Below, in pieces: positions 40,824 through 50,044 of a DNA stretch of 64,000 nt. Both the position numbers and the translations under genes were made by a program. Under the pieces are notes generated by a model. It did not search any database, was not told where the DNA came from, and saw only the letters and a list, made by a program, of their open reading frames with translations. Position 1 is the first letter of the stretch, and every line of letters begins with the position of its first letter. The DNA comes from a virus. The stretch is taken from positions 1 to 64,000 of IMG/VR virus record IMGVR_UViG_3300025727_000008; one strand, 5' to 3'.

Positions 40824-41123
40824 TCACTCCAATCCTTTAAACGAATCTCTTTCTGAAATACCAGCATCATCCATTATATCTTGCAATCTAGCAACAAGAT
40901 ACTCATTTGTGAACACCTGCCAATTACCTTCTTCGGTTTGCATTGCTTCTAATCCACTTTCTAACCAAGTCAACCATCGGTGAGCATCATGTTCTAACTG
41001 TCCTTTCAACTTAGGCAAATACTCTAATCTAAACCTTCTAAGAAAATCCTTTACTTGCGCTACAGTCAATTCATTAGGATTGTAATGGGGTTTTTCCTTT
41101 CTAATTATATTAAACCAATTCAT
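40824..41123 (-). CDS. WxxILK-tagged hypothetical protein
   Basis: MNWFNIIRK. Confidence 0.65.
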   Translation of the reverse strand: MNWFNIIRKEKPHYNPNELTVAQVKDFLRRFRLEYLPKLKGQLEHDAHRWLTWLESGLEAMQTEEGNWQVFTNEYLVARLQDIMDDAGISERDSFKGLE

Positions 41124-41338
41124 TTTAATTGCCTTCTTAACATTGGTTTTTTAAATGTATTATATAATTCCCATAATGGTTCACTTGAATTAAGCCTAGT
41201 TATTTCATCATTCAGTTTTTTCATTCTATAAAGTGCTTGTGCGTCAGATTTAAAATCTTTAACTTTATCTCCTACTTCTGTGTACCATTCAGTATTACCC
41301 GATATGTGTCCTTTCTTAATTTGTTTTTTCCAATCCAT
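41120..41338 (-). CDS. Tagged hypothetical protein
   Basis: Likely start ATG 41338 (MDWKKQIKK) after GGGGG SD. Confidence 0.6.
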   Translation of the reverse strand: MDWKKQIKKGHISGNTEWYTEVGDKVKDFKSDAQALYRMKKLNDEITRLNSSEPLWELYNTFKKPMLRRQLK

Positions 41339-41342
41339 AATA

Positions 41343-41825
41343 TCATTTCCCCCTTGCCATAACTTCAGCACACCTTCTACAATAGTGTAACTCTTTAGGT
41401 GAACCCTTTGAATGTATTTTACCATCTCTTATATATTTTTTAGTGCCTAGAGATACCGGTTTTTTGCATCGAACACAGCGAAATTTACTAAGATTAGAAT
41501 TTGGTTTTTTCTTTTCTTTTCCTTCAGGTCGCCCACTTGCATTAAATCCTTTAATACCATATTGCACTTCACCTTCTTGTGCCATTGATGTTCCTAACCT
41601 AGTTTTTCTCTCTTCGATTAATTTTTTACCTTCAACATTCCTGTTTAGTGGTAAATCTGTTCCTCTTCCCATTGTTCTACTAGTGCCTTTGGGTGCATGA
41701 CCTTCCTCTTCAATAGATTTTACTCTTTCGTTAGGTTTTAATCGTTCACCACCCATTATATCAACAGGTTTCCTGTTCCTATTCTTTCTAGGCCGATTTC
41801 TTTTAATTAAATCAAACCAAGTCAT
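41343..41825 (-). CDS. WxxILK-tagged basic protein with C-terminal Zn finger
   Basis: MTWFDLIK; CVRC...CRRC. Confidence 0.65.
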   Translation of the reverse strand: MTWFDLIKRNRPRKNRNRKPVDIMGGERLKPNERVKSIEEEGHAPKGTSRTMGRGTDLPLNRNVEGKKLIEERKTRLGTSMAQEGEVQYGIKGFNASGRPEGKEKKKPNSNLSKFRCVRCKKPVSLGTKKYIRDGKIHSKGSPKELHYCRRCAEVMARGK

Positions 41826-42088
41826 TTTTTCCCACCTTCTAATATATTCCTACTAACTTGGCAACACAATCTAATCTTTTGTGTACTTTCTAAAAACCAA
41901 AAAGAATCCTTATCCCAATCAAATTTATTCTCAACATGATTACAAAGTTCTCTTCTTCCCATGTTTTGCAAATCACCATCTATACTAACATCAAGAATAT
42001 CACCTTTCGGATGCACTAACTTCTTATCTAACCAAACATAGGTACTACCCATGAATGCAATCAATTTTCTAATTATCCATTGCTTCAT
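41822..42088 (-). CDS. Hypothetical protein
   Basis: GGTGA SD; overlapping neighbours. Confidence 0.6.
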   Translation of the reverse strand: MKQWIIRKLIAFMGSTYVWLDKKLVHPKGDILDVSIDGDLQNMGRRELCNHVENKFDWDKDSFWFLESTQKIRLCCQVSRNILEGGKK

Positions 42089-42786
42089 ACTAAATCACCT
42101 ACTACAATATCATGAATATTATTTGAACTATCTAAATATTGCAATATTAGTTTTACTTTTTCTTCATGCTTGATAACATCGTCATAAAAAATATCTATAG
42201 ATGAAGGAAACAAATATACATTCTCATGCTTTAATTGCCATACTTTATTACTGTAACTACCAGTTTCATCCCACGTTGTTATATTTTCATCGTAAATAGT
42301 CAATGGTCTAATTACCAGTAAGTTATCCATGTGATTTAGTAGTTCATTTAAAGGCTGGTGGAAAATGGAAGTTCTGTTGTTTTCGGAGAGCCATCCATCA
42401 TCTTCTTCTTGCATTGCGTTATACTCTTCCCACATTCTTTCATTCTCTAATTCATTTTCTGTTTTTTCCGGTTCAATCATATGGAGTTTATTATATCTTT
42501 TCGTTATATTATTTTTAGCAATATTAACTATCTTTTTGAATTTTTCATTCAACACATTATGCCCATTAAGAGTTAGACCACGATTACGCTTAATCCAATT
42601 AATAGTTTCTTCCTTAGTTTTCTGAGTTTCAATTGGTTGGCTCTTAGTCCAAGCAGACGGTTGTTCATGATATTTTTTCGGAGTAACATTTCCACCTGAC
42701 TTATTAGGACTTGACTTATTTCTATTCTTCTTTTGAGCATTACTAGGCCACTTCTTTTTTCTTTTTAGAATATCAAACCAAGTCAT
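42085..42786 (-). CDS. WxxILK-tagged hypothetical protein
   Basis: MTWFDILK. Confidence 0.65.
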   Translation of the reverse strand: MTWFDILKRKKKWPSNAQKKNRNKSSPNKSGGNVTPKKYHEQPSAWTKSQPIETQKTKEETINWIKRNRGLTLNGHNVLNEKFKKIVNIAKNNITKRYNKLHMIEPEKTENELENERMWEEYNAMQEEDDGWLSENNRTSIFHQPLNELLNHMDNLLVIRPLTIYDENITTWDETGSYSNKVWQLKHENVYLFPSSIDIFYDDVIKHEEKVKLILQYLDSSNNIHDIVVGDLV

Positions 42787-42790
42787 TTTT

Positions 42791-43219
42791 TCACCCTTTA
42801 TTTTCTATGCCTAATTTAACATTTGGTGTTCCAAACAAACCATCAATAATTCGCCTGTATGGTTTACTAATATAACTATTGTATGCAACAAAATCTATTA
42901 ATTCTTGAACGGAACTAAATTCTGTCTTAGTTAAATATTGTTCTATTTCTTCAGAATCCCACATAAAATGCCCCCCATTAGAAAACGAATTACCATCCAG
43001 TCTTTTGGGAGAACCACGCTCATCATATTTTTTATATTGTAATCCTAATCTAGATGCTGTGTTTTTAATTTCTTCTTCAATTTCATTAGACCAAGAAATA
43101 GGAATATAACCAATTGCCTTTTGTTGATTTGAATTAAACATATTTTCTAATTCTCTTAATTTATTTAGATTGTGTTCTTTATCGAACCTTTCATTCTTTA
43201 AAACACTAAACCAATCCAT
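42791..43219 (-). CDS. WxxILK-tagged hypothetical protein
   Basis: MDWFSVLK; GGTGA SD. Confidence 0.65.
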   Translation of the reverse strand: MDWFSVLKNERFDKEHNLNKLRELENMFNSNQQKAIGYIPISWSNEIEEEIKNTASRLGLQYKKYDERGSPKRLDGNSFSNGGHFMWDSEEIEQYLTKTEFSSVQELIDFVAYNSYISKPYRRIIDGLFGTPNVKLGIENKG

Positions 43220-43361
43220 TTTATCACCAAAGTTGTGGGTACTGAAATGTTTTACCTAATGAAAACTGAAAAATGTGGTGGAATTTATTTAGCACTAGCG
43301 CGATTTTTTTTGTTGGGTAGTAACCATAAACAGTATAAGGATAATAGTAATGTGCCATTTA

Positions 43362-43571
43362 TTATTCCTCGATAAACTTTAGTGTTGTTTGTTTTGAATT
43401 AGGTTTCTGTTCATCAGCACTAATAACTTTAGTTGGTTTAGGTTTACCTTTAAACCATTTACTCGCAGGTTTAGATGATACAGTTGCACCGTCAATTAAT
43501 TCTTCAGGTAGTTTTGTTTGTGTTGTATTCTTTTTATTTTTACTATCTTTGATAATATTAAACCAGTTCAC
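43362..43571 (-). CDS. WxxILK-tagged basic protein
   Basis: GTG start, MNWFNIIK; GGTGA SD. Confidence 0.6.
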   Translation of the reverse strand: MNWFNIIKDSKNKKNTTQTKLPEELIDGATVSSKPASKWFKGKPKPTKVISADEQKPNSKQTTLKFIEE

Positions 43572-43810
43572 AACATCACCAATAGATTAACCCGATACAC
43601 TATCCTTAATTAAATTAGTTATTAATAATAATAAAATAAAAAAAAAATTAAAACGCAAAGCATATGGTTGGATAAATATATTGTTGTCCAACCATATGGT
43701 AGCATTCATTGTTAAATGTGCTACCATACGGGGTTTCGGGGGGAATACTAATGTTTGACGAAGAAGATTGATTAACAAGTTAAGTCTATCATACGGGAGT
43801 ATTCCCCCCA

Positions 43811-43870
43811 ACCATATGGTAATGCACTTTGTACTTATTACCTTATATGTATGGTAATTATACCATTATT
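43811..43870 (+). promoter_or_regulatory. Cassette promoter: palindrome-ACTTTGT-TATA box, leaderless start
   Basis: ACCATATGGT-N5-ACTTTGT-N10-TTATATGT-N20-ATG(43871). Confidence 0.65.
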
Positions 43871-44074
43871 ATGGTAAACTTTACACGAGCGGACTTTCAA
43901 TTACTTGCAGTGTTAGCAATTGATATGAAATTAACAGAAGAACAAAAGAACATATATGTTGCTAATCTAAAACGCACTAATATTAACTTCAATGAAGATA
44001 AATTCAGAAAGGCTATGATGATTGAATATAACAATCGTCATATTGCCGGCGAATTTGCAATAGGTGGGATTTAA
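43871..44074 (+). CDS. Cassette gene, 67 aa hypothetical
   Basis: MVNFTRADFQLLA...NFNEDKFRKA; promoter spacing favours ATG 43871. Confidence 0.65.
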   Translation: MVNFTRADFQLLAVLAIDMKLTEEQKNIYVANLKRTNINFNEDKFRKAMMIEYNNRHIAGEFAIGGI

Positions 44075-44158
44075 ATGAAAGAATGCTATAAATGTGGAAA
44101 AATAATCAGTGATAATAAATATTGTTGTTATTCTTGTATTAAAAGTGAGGCGATATAA
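44075..44158 (+). CDS. 27-aa Zn-finger microprotein
   Basis: MKECYKCGKIISDNKYCCYSCIKSEAI; GGTGGG SD; coupled at both ends. Confidence 0.5.
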   Translation: MKECYKCGKIISDNKYCCYSCIKSEAI

Positions 44159-44705
44159 TGTTTGACGAAGAAGATTAATATAACTCAAACGGGCAAATGC
44201 GAAGACTACTGAGCGAACTTTGTAGGTTAATGAACTCGGCCATAATGGTTTTCTATTGAAATACCATTTGGATAGCCAACCTACCCATTGTAAGTCCCGA
44301 CCTAATAAAATTCCCTTCGGGGTCTTAATAATCACAAAGTTCTCACAACCATATGGTAGCATCAATAAAGATGCGCTACCACATCGGGGGTGAAAATAAG
44401 TGTACGACGACGAAGATTGATTATCCTAACAATACAAGTGTAAGTCCTACCACACCATATGGTTTGGTAACTTTGTGGAAACCCTAATTATAATAAAATT
44501 ATAACAAATTACTAAAAGGGCATCGGGTAGCAGTGACTTTACTATAAAATACGATTAAGGTTCTTGCAATCCGTTCCGGTATGTCGAAGTTTCTAGAATG
44601 TCGGGATAGCGGTCAGGCATAGTGTTTGTGTCTTGCGTCGTGGTTTTTTATATCGTGAAATTAATCACTGTGCGTGTGTATTGCTACTTTCAGCCCTAAA
44701 GGTAA

Positions 44706-44990
44706 TCAGATTACAATGGGAATGGGTGTTAGGGAAAGAAGAAGAGTATTATATTGTTCAATATTATCTTCAGTAATATCACCAAAGGCATTTATTGCAT
44801 CAATGTTTTTCTTCATTATTGTTAGTGCTTTAGTTGCTTCTTCTACTACTTCAGATGCAAAATCACCTCTAAATTTTAAGGACTTAATAATAATCTTATG
44901 TACTGAACCAGATTTAGATTGTGATATTTCTATTTCAAAGGGATAAGACATATTTAATATCTGTTCGGGTGTGTTTGTATGTTCTGCCAT
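44706..44990 (-). CDS. Cassette gene, hypothetical
   Basis: Start ATG 44990 (MAEHTNTP) lies at the same spacing from the palindrome/TATA as 43871. Confidence 0.65.
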   Translation of the reverse strand: MAEHTNTPEQILNMSYPFEIEISQSKSGSVHKIIIKSLKFRGDFASEVVEEATKALTIMKKNIDAINAFGDITEDNIEQYNTLLLSLTPIPIVI

Positions 44991-45080
44991 AATCCAAGCA
45001 TGATAAATATACATATGAGGTAATGATTACAAAGTATCATACCATATGGTTGTGAACTTTGTGAACTCACCCTATATGTG
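44991..45080. promoter_or_regulatory. Divergent promoter centred on spaced palindrome
   Basis: ACAAAGT-N5-ACCATATGGT-N5-ACTTTGT (45029-45062) with TCATATGT (minus) and CTATATGT (plus) boxes either side. Confidence 0.65.
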
Positions 45081-45130
45081 AATATATTCACCCCTCATTG
45101 TGCTGAGGGTAATACCACAGAGAAAGGAAA

Positions 45131-45613
45131 GTGAATAAAATGGCAAAATACACAACAACCGAAATAAGAGATATAATGACGACATGGGTGGATTCTGAAA
45201 AGAACACTACCGGATGGATGAAAGGAGCAGTTGAGGATGCTTGCGCTAATTTAGATGCAGGAGAAATAACTGAATCTGTATTCAGTTCTTCAATTCAAGG
45301 AATGTGCAGACAACTTAAGGAGAATCCACTATCACGACGCGGAACCAATTTCTCATATGATGAAACACGAGAAATTAACCTCGCAGAATGCAAGACCTTT
45401 ACCACAACAATTGAAACAGCATTTAATAAATTAAGCCCAGTGGCTCAAACTTATTACCGAGCAAAGATTTCAGACCAACGCCCAGCAGGAATATACGCCA
45501 ACGGCGCAGATTTAGCCGGATTTATGTACGAAAGATGCGAAGGCGAAGCAAAAATTCAGCAAAAGGCTGATAAAAAGTCAAGCAAAGCAAGTGCGAAAGG
45601 GGGCAATATCTGA
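45131..45613 (+). CDS. Cassette gene, hypothetical (higher GC)
   Basis: 160 aa ORF between palindromes 45041 and 45661. Confidence 0.7.
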   Translation: MNKMAKYTTTEIRDIMTTWVDSEKNTTGWMKGAVEDACANLDAGEITESVFSSSIQGMCRQLKENPLSRRGTNFSYDETREINLAECKTFTTTIETAFNKLSPVAQTYYRAKISDQRPAGIYANGADLAGFMYERCEGEAKIQQKADKKSSKASAKGGNI

Positions 45614-45671
45614 GGTTGTCCCTTCCCTCGGCACACTTGGGGTTTCTCACAAAGTTCCACACCATATGGTT

Positions 45672-45730
45672 GGATAGTATATTCTTAGATTTTTTAAGGA
45701 TAGTATATTCTTAGGATTTTTAAGGATAGG
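45672..45730. repeat. Tandem direct repeat GGATAGTATATTCTTAG(G)ATTTTT(T)AA
   Basis: Two full copies plus a third GGATAG. Confidence 0.85.
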
Positions 45731-45899
45731 AAAAAAAGAGAGGGTACATCGGATGGAAAAGTTGCTTTATATATGAATGGAATGTATATGGATTATAGAT
45801 GATGGGAGAATCCGTTAAAGTGCGTGTTTCTCTATAACATCATATAATGACCACTAACTTAAGGGAAAAACATTTCACTACCTATTTTAATGGTTCATA

Positions 45900-46290
<391 letters not shown>

Positions 46291-46339
46291 ATAAGTAATT
46301 CATATACACCAATGTTACGATATGTAGCATTTTACACTC

Positions 46340-46870
46340 ACACTAGGCGATAGTCCTGTAAATCTATCAAAGAGTTCCCCTTCTTCGGAAAAAGTTCAAT
46401 TTGATAGTATGCGCCGTGAGAACAGGGGTTTTTTACAATAATAAGAACCGAGGAATGGAACTATCCATAGGAATTATCTGACTTAGCGGAAGGATAAGGA
46501 ACATGAGGAATTCCATTCTTCAGAAAAAGATAAAGAAGTTTATATTAGAAACTGAATATGGAAAAGATTAGAATTAGTGTTACATGATTAACATACCTTA
46601 AATGCCTTCGGGAGTTATACGGCAGTTAATCATTATCTGATTCTAGTTTAAGTAAGTATTCTAGTTTTTAAAAAGATGTTTATGCAAGGAAAGGTGTTCC
46701 TTGTGTACTGCGGCCATTAATAAGTAAAAGCATTGTTAATCAAGGAATTTATTTCTTGTGTTTGTTAGTAACATCAGTAGTCAACATCGAATAGTAAAAA
46801 CTAATTAATAACATTTGACTAATGTGATTACATCACCTTCGCGTAAACCGGCATAGCACGTTTTTTCTTT
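46340..46870 (+). ncRNA. Candidate large structured non-coding RNA
   Basis: No ORF; consecutive stems with G-U pairs, UUCG loops, possible pseudoknot, 3' T-run. Confidence 0.45.
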
Positions 46871-47152
46871 CCCCATACCTTTCACAAACACTTTTCAGGT
46901 ATTACCCTGATTTGGGGCTTACTACTTTTTTGCCATTGTAGTAAGTCCCTTCACACTCAACACTCACTAACGATACATATACCAAGTATGGGACAGTATT
47001 ATGCTTAGTGAATACTGAGTTAGGTTTTGAACAAGTAATAAATTGTATTATGCACATTGCCCCAAGCGGTACTGTTCTTAATCCTGTGGTGGGATGAACA
47101 ATTTTCCTAACTATTCACATTCCCAAATAATAATAATAAAAGAGGAAATAAA

Positions 47153-48593
47153 AATGATAATAAAAGGAACAAACGAACAAGAAGAAATATGGAAAGAAAT
47201 GACTTATGGTGATTCACATATGATGGTTTATGCTGGTGCTGGCACTGGTAAGACATTCACAATTGTTGAAGGTGCTGAACATGTAGTTGGTAATAAATGC
47301 TTTTTAGCATTTAACAAGGCAATTGCAACTGAATTAGCAAATAAATTACCTGATGATTGTGAAGCAAAAACATTTCATAGTTTAGGTCTATCATCTATTA
47401 AGATGGTTAAAAGGAATTGTAAAGTTGATAATAAGAAAACCTACAACATAGTAAACAACCTAATGGGTAGGAAGTTCAAATCTACATCACAATTAATTAA
47501 ATTAGTTAGTTTGATTAAATCATCAATGATTGAATGGGATGATAGAGAATCAATTCAAAAAATAATGGATGAATATAATATTGAGTTTGATGGTGTATTA
47601 GAAATGAATAATGCCCTGAAGTATCTCCCTACAATAAAGAACAATTGTATGGATTTATCAATCGTTGATTTTGATGATATGATTTGGCTTCCAGTTGTTA
47701 TGGATTTAAGCGTTAAACATTATGATGTAATATTTGTTGATGAAGCACAAGACTTCAATGAAGTTCAAAGACAATTAATTTTGAAAACCTGTAATGGTGG
47801 TAGGATGATTGTAGTGGGCGACCCAAAGCAAGCCATCTATGGATTTAGAGGTGCAGATAGCGCATCAATGAATTTATTTCAAGACACATTAAATCAATCT
47901 CCTAGAGGGGTAAAAGATTACACTCTAAGTATTACTTGGAGATGCCCTAAATCCGTAGTCAAAGAAGCAAATCGTTTCTTTGGTGATTATACATGTCGAG
48001 AAGATGCTGAAGAAGGAGTAGTTAAAACTAATGCAGATTTTGACCCTAAAGTTGGAGATTTAGTTTTATGTAGAACTAATGCACCTTTGATTCAAAGTTG
48101 CTTCTCATTAATTTCACAAGGAATACCTGCTTATGTATTAGGTAGGGATATTGGTTATAGTTTGAATCTTCTAGTAAAGAAGGTAACAAAGAATATGGAT
48201 ATGTCTATTGCAGAATTTCTACCTTTATTAGAAAAACATGTTTCATATCAAGTTGATGTATTAAAGAAAGCAGACAAAGAGCGATTAGTTCAATCTGTTG
48301 AAGATAAACATCAATGTATAATTTATCTCACTAAAAATGCAAGTAGTGTTCAAGGTATTCTTGATAACATTAAGGCTATATTTGGTGATGGTAAAAAGAG
48401 AGGCGTTGTATTCTCTACTATTCATAAAGCCAAAGGTCTTGAAAGAGATAACATTTGGATATTAAAACCTGAACTTATGCCTCATCCTATGGCAAAGTCA
48501 GCAGCAGATAAGCAGCAAGAAAAGAATCTTTGTTATGTGGCAATCACAAGAGCAAAGAAAACTTTGAATTATGTAGGTGAGAGAATTGGTTAA
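47153..48593 (+). CDS. SF1 UvrD/Rep-like helicase
   Basis: AGAGTGKT, FVDEAQD, VGDPKQAIYGFRGA, STIHKAKGLE, YVAITRAK; start likely ATG 47153 after GAGG. Confidence 0.93.
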
Positions 48594-48741
48594 GTGTGAA
48601 GAATGTAAAGATACAGGTTTAGTAGCAGTGCAACTTCCTGAAGGTGGTTTAGTGGTTGAACCATGTATGCCATGTTCTATGGAAGATTATATTAAATATA
48701 TAGATACATTAGATTTCTATGATAAACATGGAATTAATTAA
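48586..48741 (+). CDS. 51-aa Zn-finger protein (not in ORF track)
   Basis: TTG start after GGTGA; MVKCEECKDTG...EPCMPC. Confidence 0.55.
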   Translation: MVKCEECKDTGLVAVQLPEGGLVVEPCMPCSMEDYIKYIDTLDFYDKHGIN

Positions 48742-48981
48742 TACTTTAAGGATAATTAAGAATTAGTATTATTACATGCGAAATGGTTCTGGTGATAACT
48801 ACTGGTGATAACAATGTTGCTATTGGACACAAAGCAGGATGTAAAAAGTGTGTTTTTAGCCTAAAAACAGTGTTTTTTATGTTGTAAAATTTATGCGAAA
48901 TAAAAAAAGTAGATATTGTGGTAGGGATAGAAGGTTTCATAAAGGAATAAAATGTTTTGATGTATTGCCTTCTCGGTGTGA

Positions 48982-49281
48982 TTGTTAATCATGCCAATAG
49001 AAGATTTTAGTCGTAAACATTATGCAAGATTTACTAATGGAGTAGTGTGTATAGATGATGTTCAAGCATTCACATGGAGTAAATTAAAACCTAATGATGA
49101 GTTAACTAAATTTATCTATCCTTCAACAAGAAAGGGGGATGTGTATAAAATAGTTTTATTCTTAAAAGGTGGACAGAATTTTATCACTGCAACTAGTAGA
49201 AAAAACCTTAAAAAAATAATAACTAGATTTAAGGCTCAAAAAACCCTTTTAGGAGAGGATGAGTTATGGGAAGAGGAATAG
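48982..49281 (+). CDS. Hypothetical protein
   Basis: ORF in operon. Confidence 0.55.
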   Translation: MLIMPIEDFSRKHYARFTNGVVCIDDVQAFTWSKLKPNDELTKFIYPSTRKGDVYKIVLFLKGGQNFITATSRKNLKKIITRFKAQKTLLGEDELWEEE

Positions 49282-49469
49282 TAACTGAAGATATAATAAA
49301 GAACATACAAGCAATGCAATATCATTACAATAAAATGGTTGAAGCATATGAAAAATTACCTACTCTAACGCCAATGAGAAAGGTAATAATAGACGATGCA
49401 TTAATAGTTATAGGAGCAACTATGGATGGAGTTTATAATGAATTAAAAGATTATGGCGAACAAATATGA
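49266..49469 (+). CDS. Hypothetical protein
   Basis: ORF in operon with SD. Confidence 0.5.
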   Translation: MGRGIVTEDIIKNIQAMQYHYNKMVEAYEKLPTLTPMRKVIIDDALIVIGATMDGVYNELKDYGEQI

Positions 49470-49800
49470 GGAAATAAAAATGAATGAAGAAAAAGAAATT
49501 AACCCTTTTATGGGAATGAAAGAACAACACAAATATGAGGTAATAAAAATGTATAATAAAGAAAGAAAAAAATTGAATAAGGAATTAAGAATGAGTGCTG
49601 CTATACCAAAAGGTATGGAAGATTTGAATGAAACTACTTGGAAAAATAAGTATAATAATTGTATAATTACAATTGTAAAAAGAATAGTTACAGATACAGG
49701 TAATGTTTTTTGGTATTCAAATACTGATGAAATATACACTATTAAAGATTTGAATAAACATTGGCATCTTGTTTCTGATACTACCGAAGAAGAGGAATAA
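49453..49800 (+). CDS. Hypothetical protein
   Basis: ORF in operon. Confidence 0.55.
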   Translation: MANKYEEIKMNEEKEINPFMGMKEQHKYEVIKMYNKERKKLNKELRMSAAIPKGMEDLNETTWKNKYNNCIITIVKRIVTDTGNVFWYSNTDEIYTIKDLNKHWHLVSDTTEEEE

Positions 49801-49801
49801 T

Positions 49802-50044
49802 ATGAATAAAGAAAGTAATGTAGAATTTAGAATGGTATCTGATGATGAGATGCCACCAATAGTGATAACTATGAATGAAGATGATAAAGTTAAAGTTGTT
49901 TTAAATCAAAATAATTTAATATGGTTATCTCTACATAGAAAAACAATTGGTGGACTACCTGAAGCACTATATTCAAAACTAGATATGCTTCTTGATGGTT
50001 TTCTACGAGAACAAAGACATAATGAAAGGATTGATTTAGAATGA
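49802..50044 (+). CDS. Hypothetical protein
   Basis: Likely start MNKESNVEF after GAGG. Confidence 0.55.
   Translation: MNKESNVEFRMVSDDEMPPIVITMNEDDKVKVVLNQNNLIWLSLHRKTIGGLPEALYSKLDMLLDGFLREQRHNERIDLE

Larger units (their letters stand above)
43661..45670. repeat. Array of ACCATATGGT palindromes with ACTTTGT/ACAAAGT arms
   Basis: Perfect copies at 43691, 43811, 44348, 44454, 45041, 45661; partial at 43661. Confidence 0.9.

Noticed and set aside
1426-42625. Plus-strand ORFs in the left arm (e.g. 1426, 12631, 25041, 25596)
   Set aside because: Antisense shadows of long minus-strand genes; S/L/F/I-rich composition, no SD.
43587-44365. Minus-strand ORFs 43587-43811 and 43967-44365 sharing INLLRQTL
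   Set aside because: The shared peptide is just the reverse complement of the MFDEED repeat; they overlap better-supported plus-strand elements.
43661-45670. CRISPR array
   Set aside because: Repeat core only 10 bp, spacing 106-620 bp and irregular, intervals contain genes; no cas genes.
46340-46950. RNase P RNA, tRNA or group I intron
   Set aside because: Only fragmentary resemblance (GAGGAA, GGCTTA); no cloverleaf/TTCGA arm, no ordered P/Q/R/S elements, not interrupting a gene.
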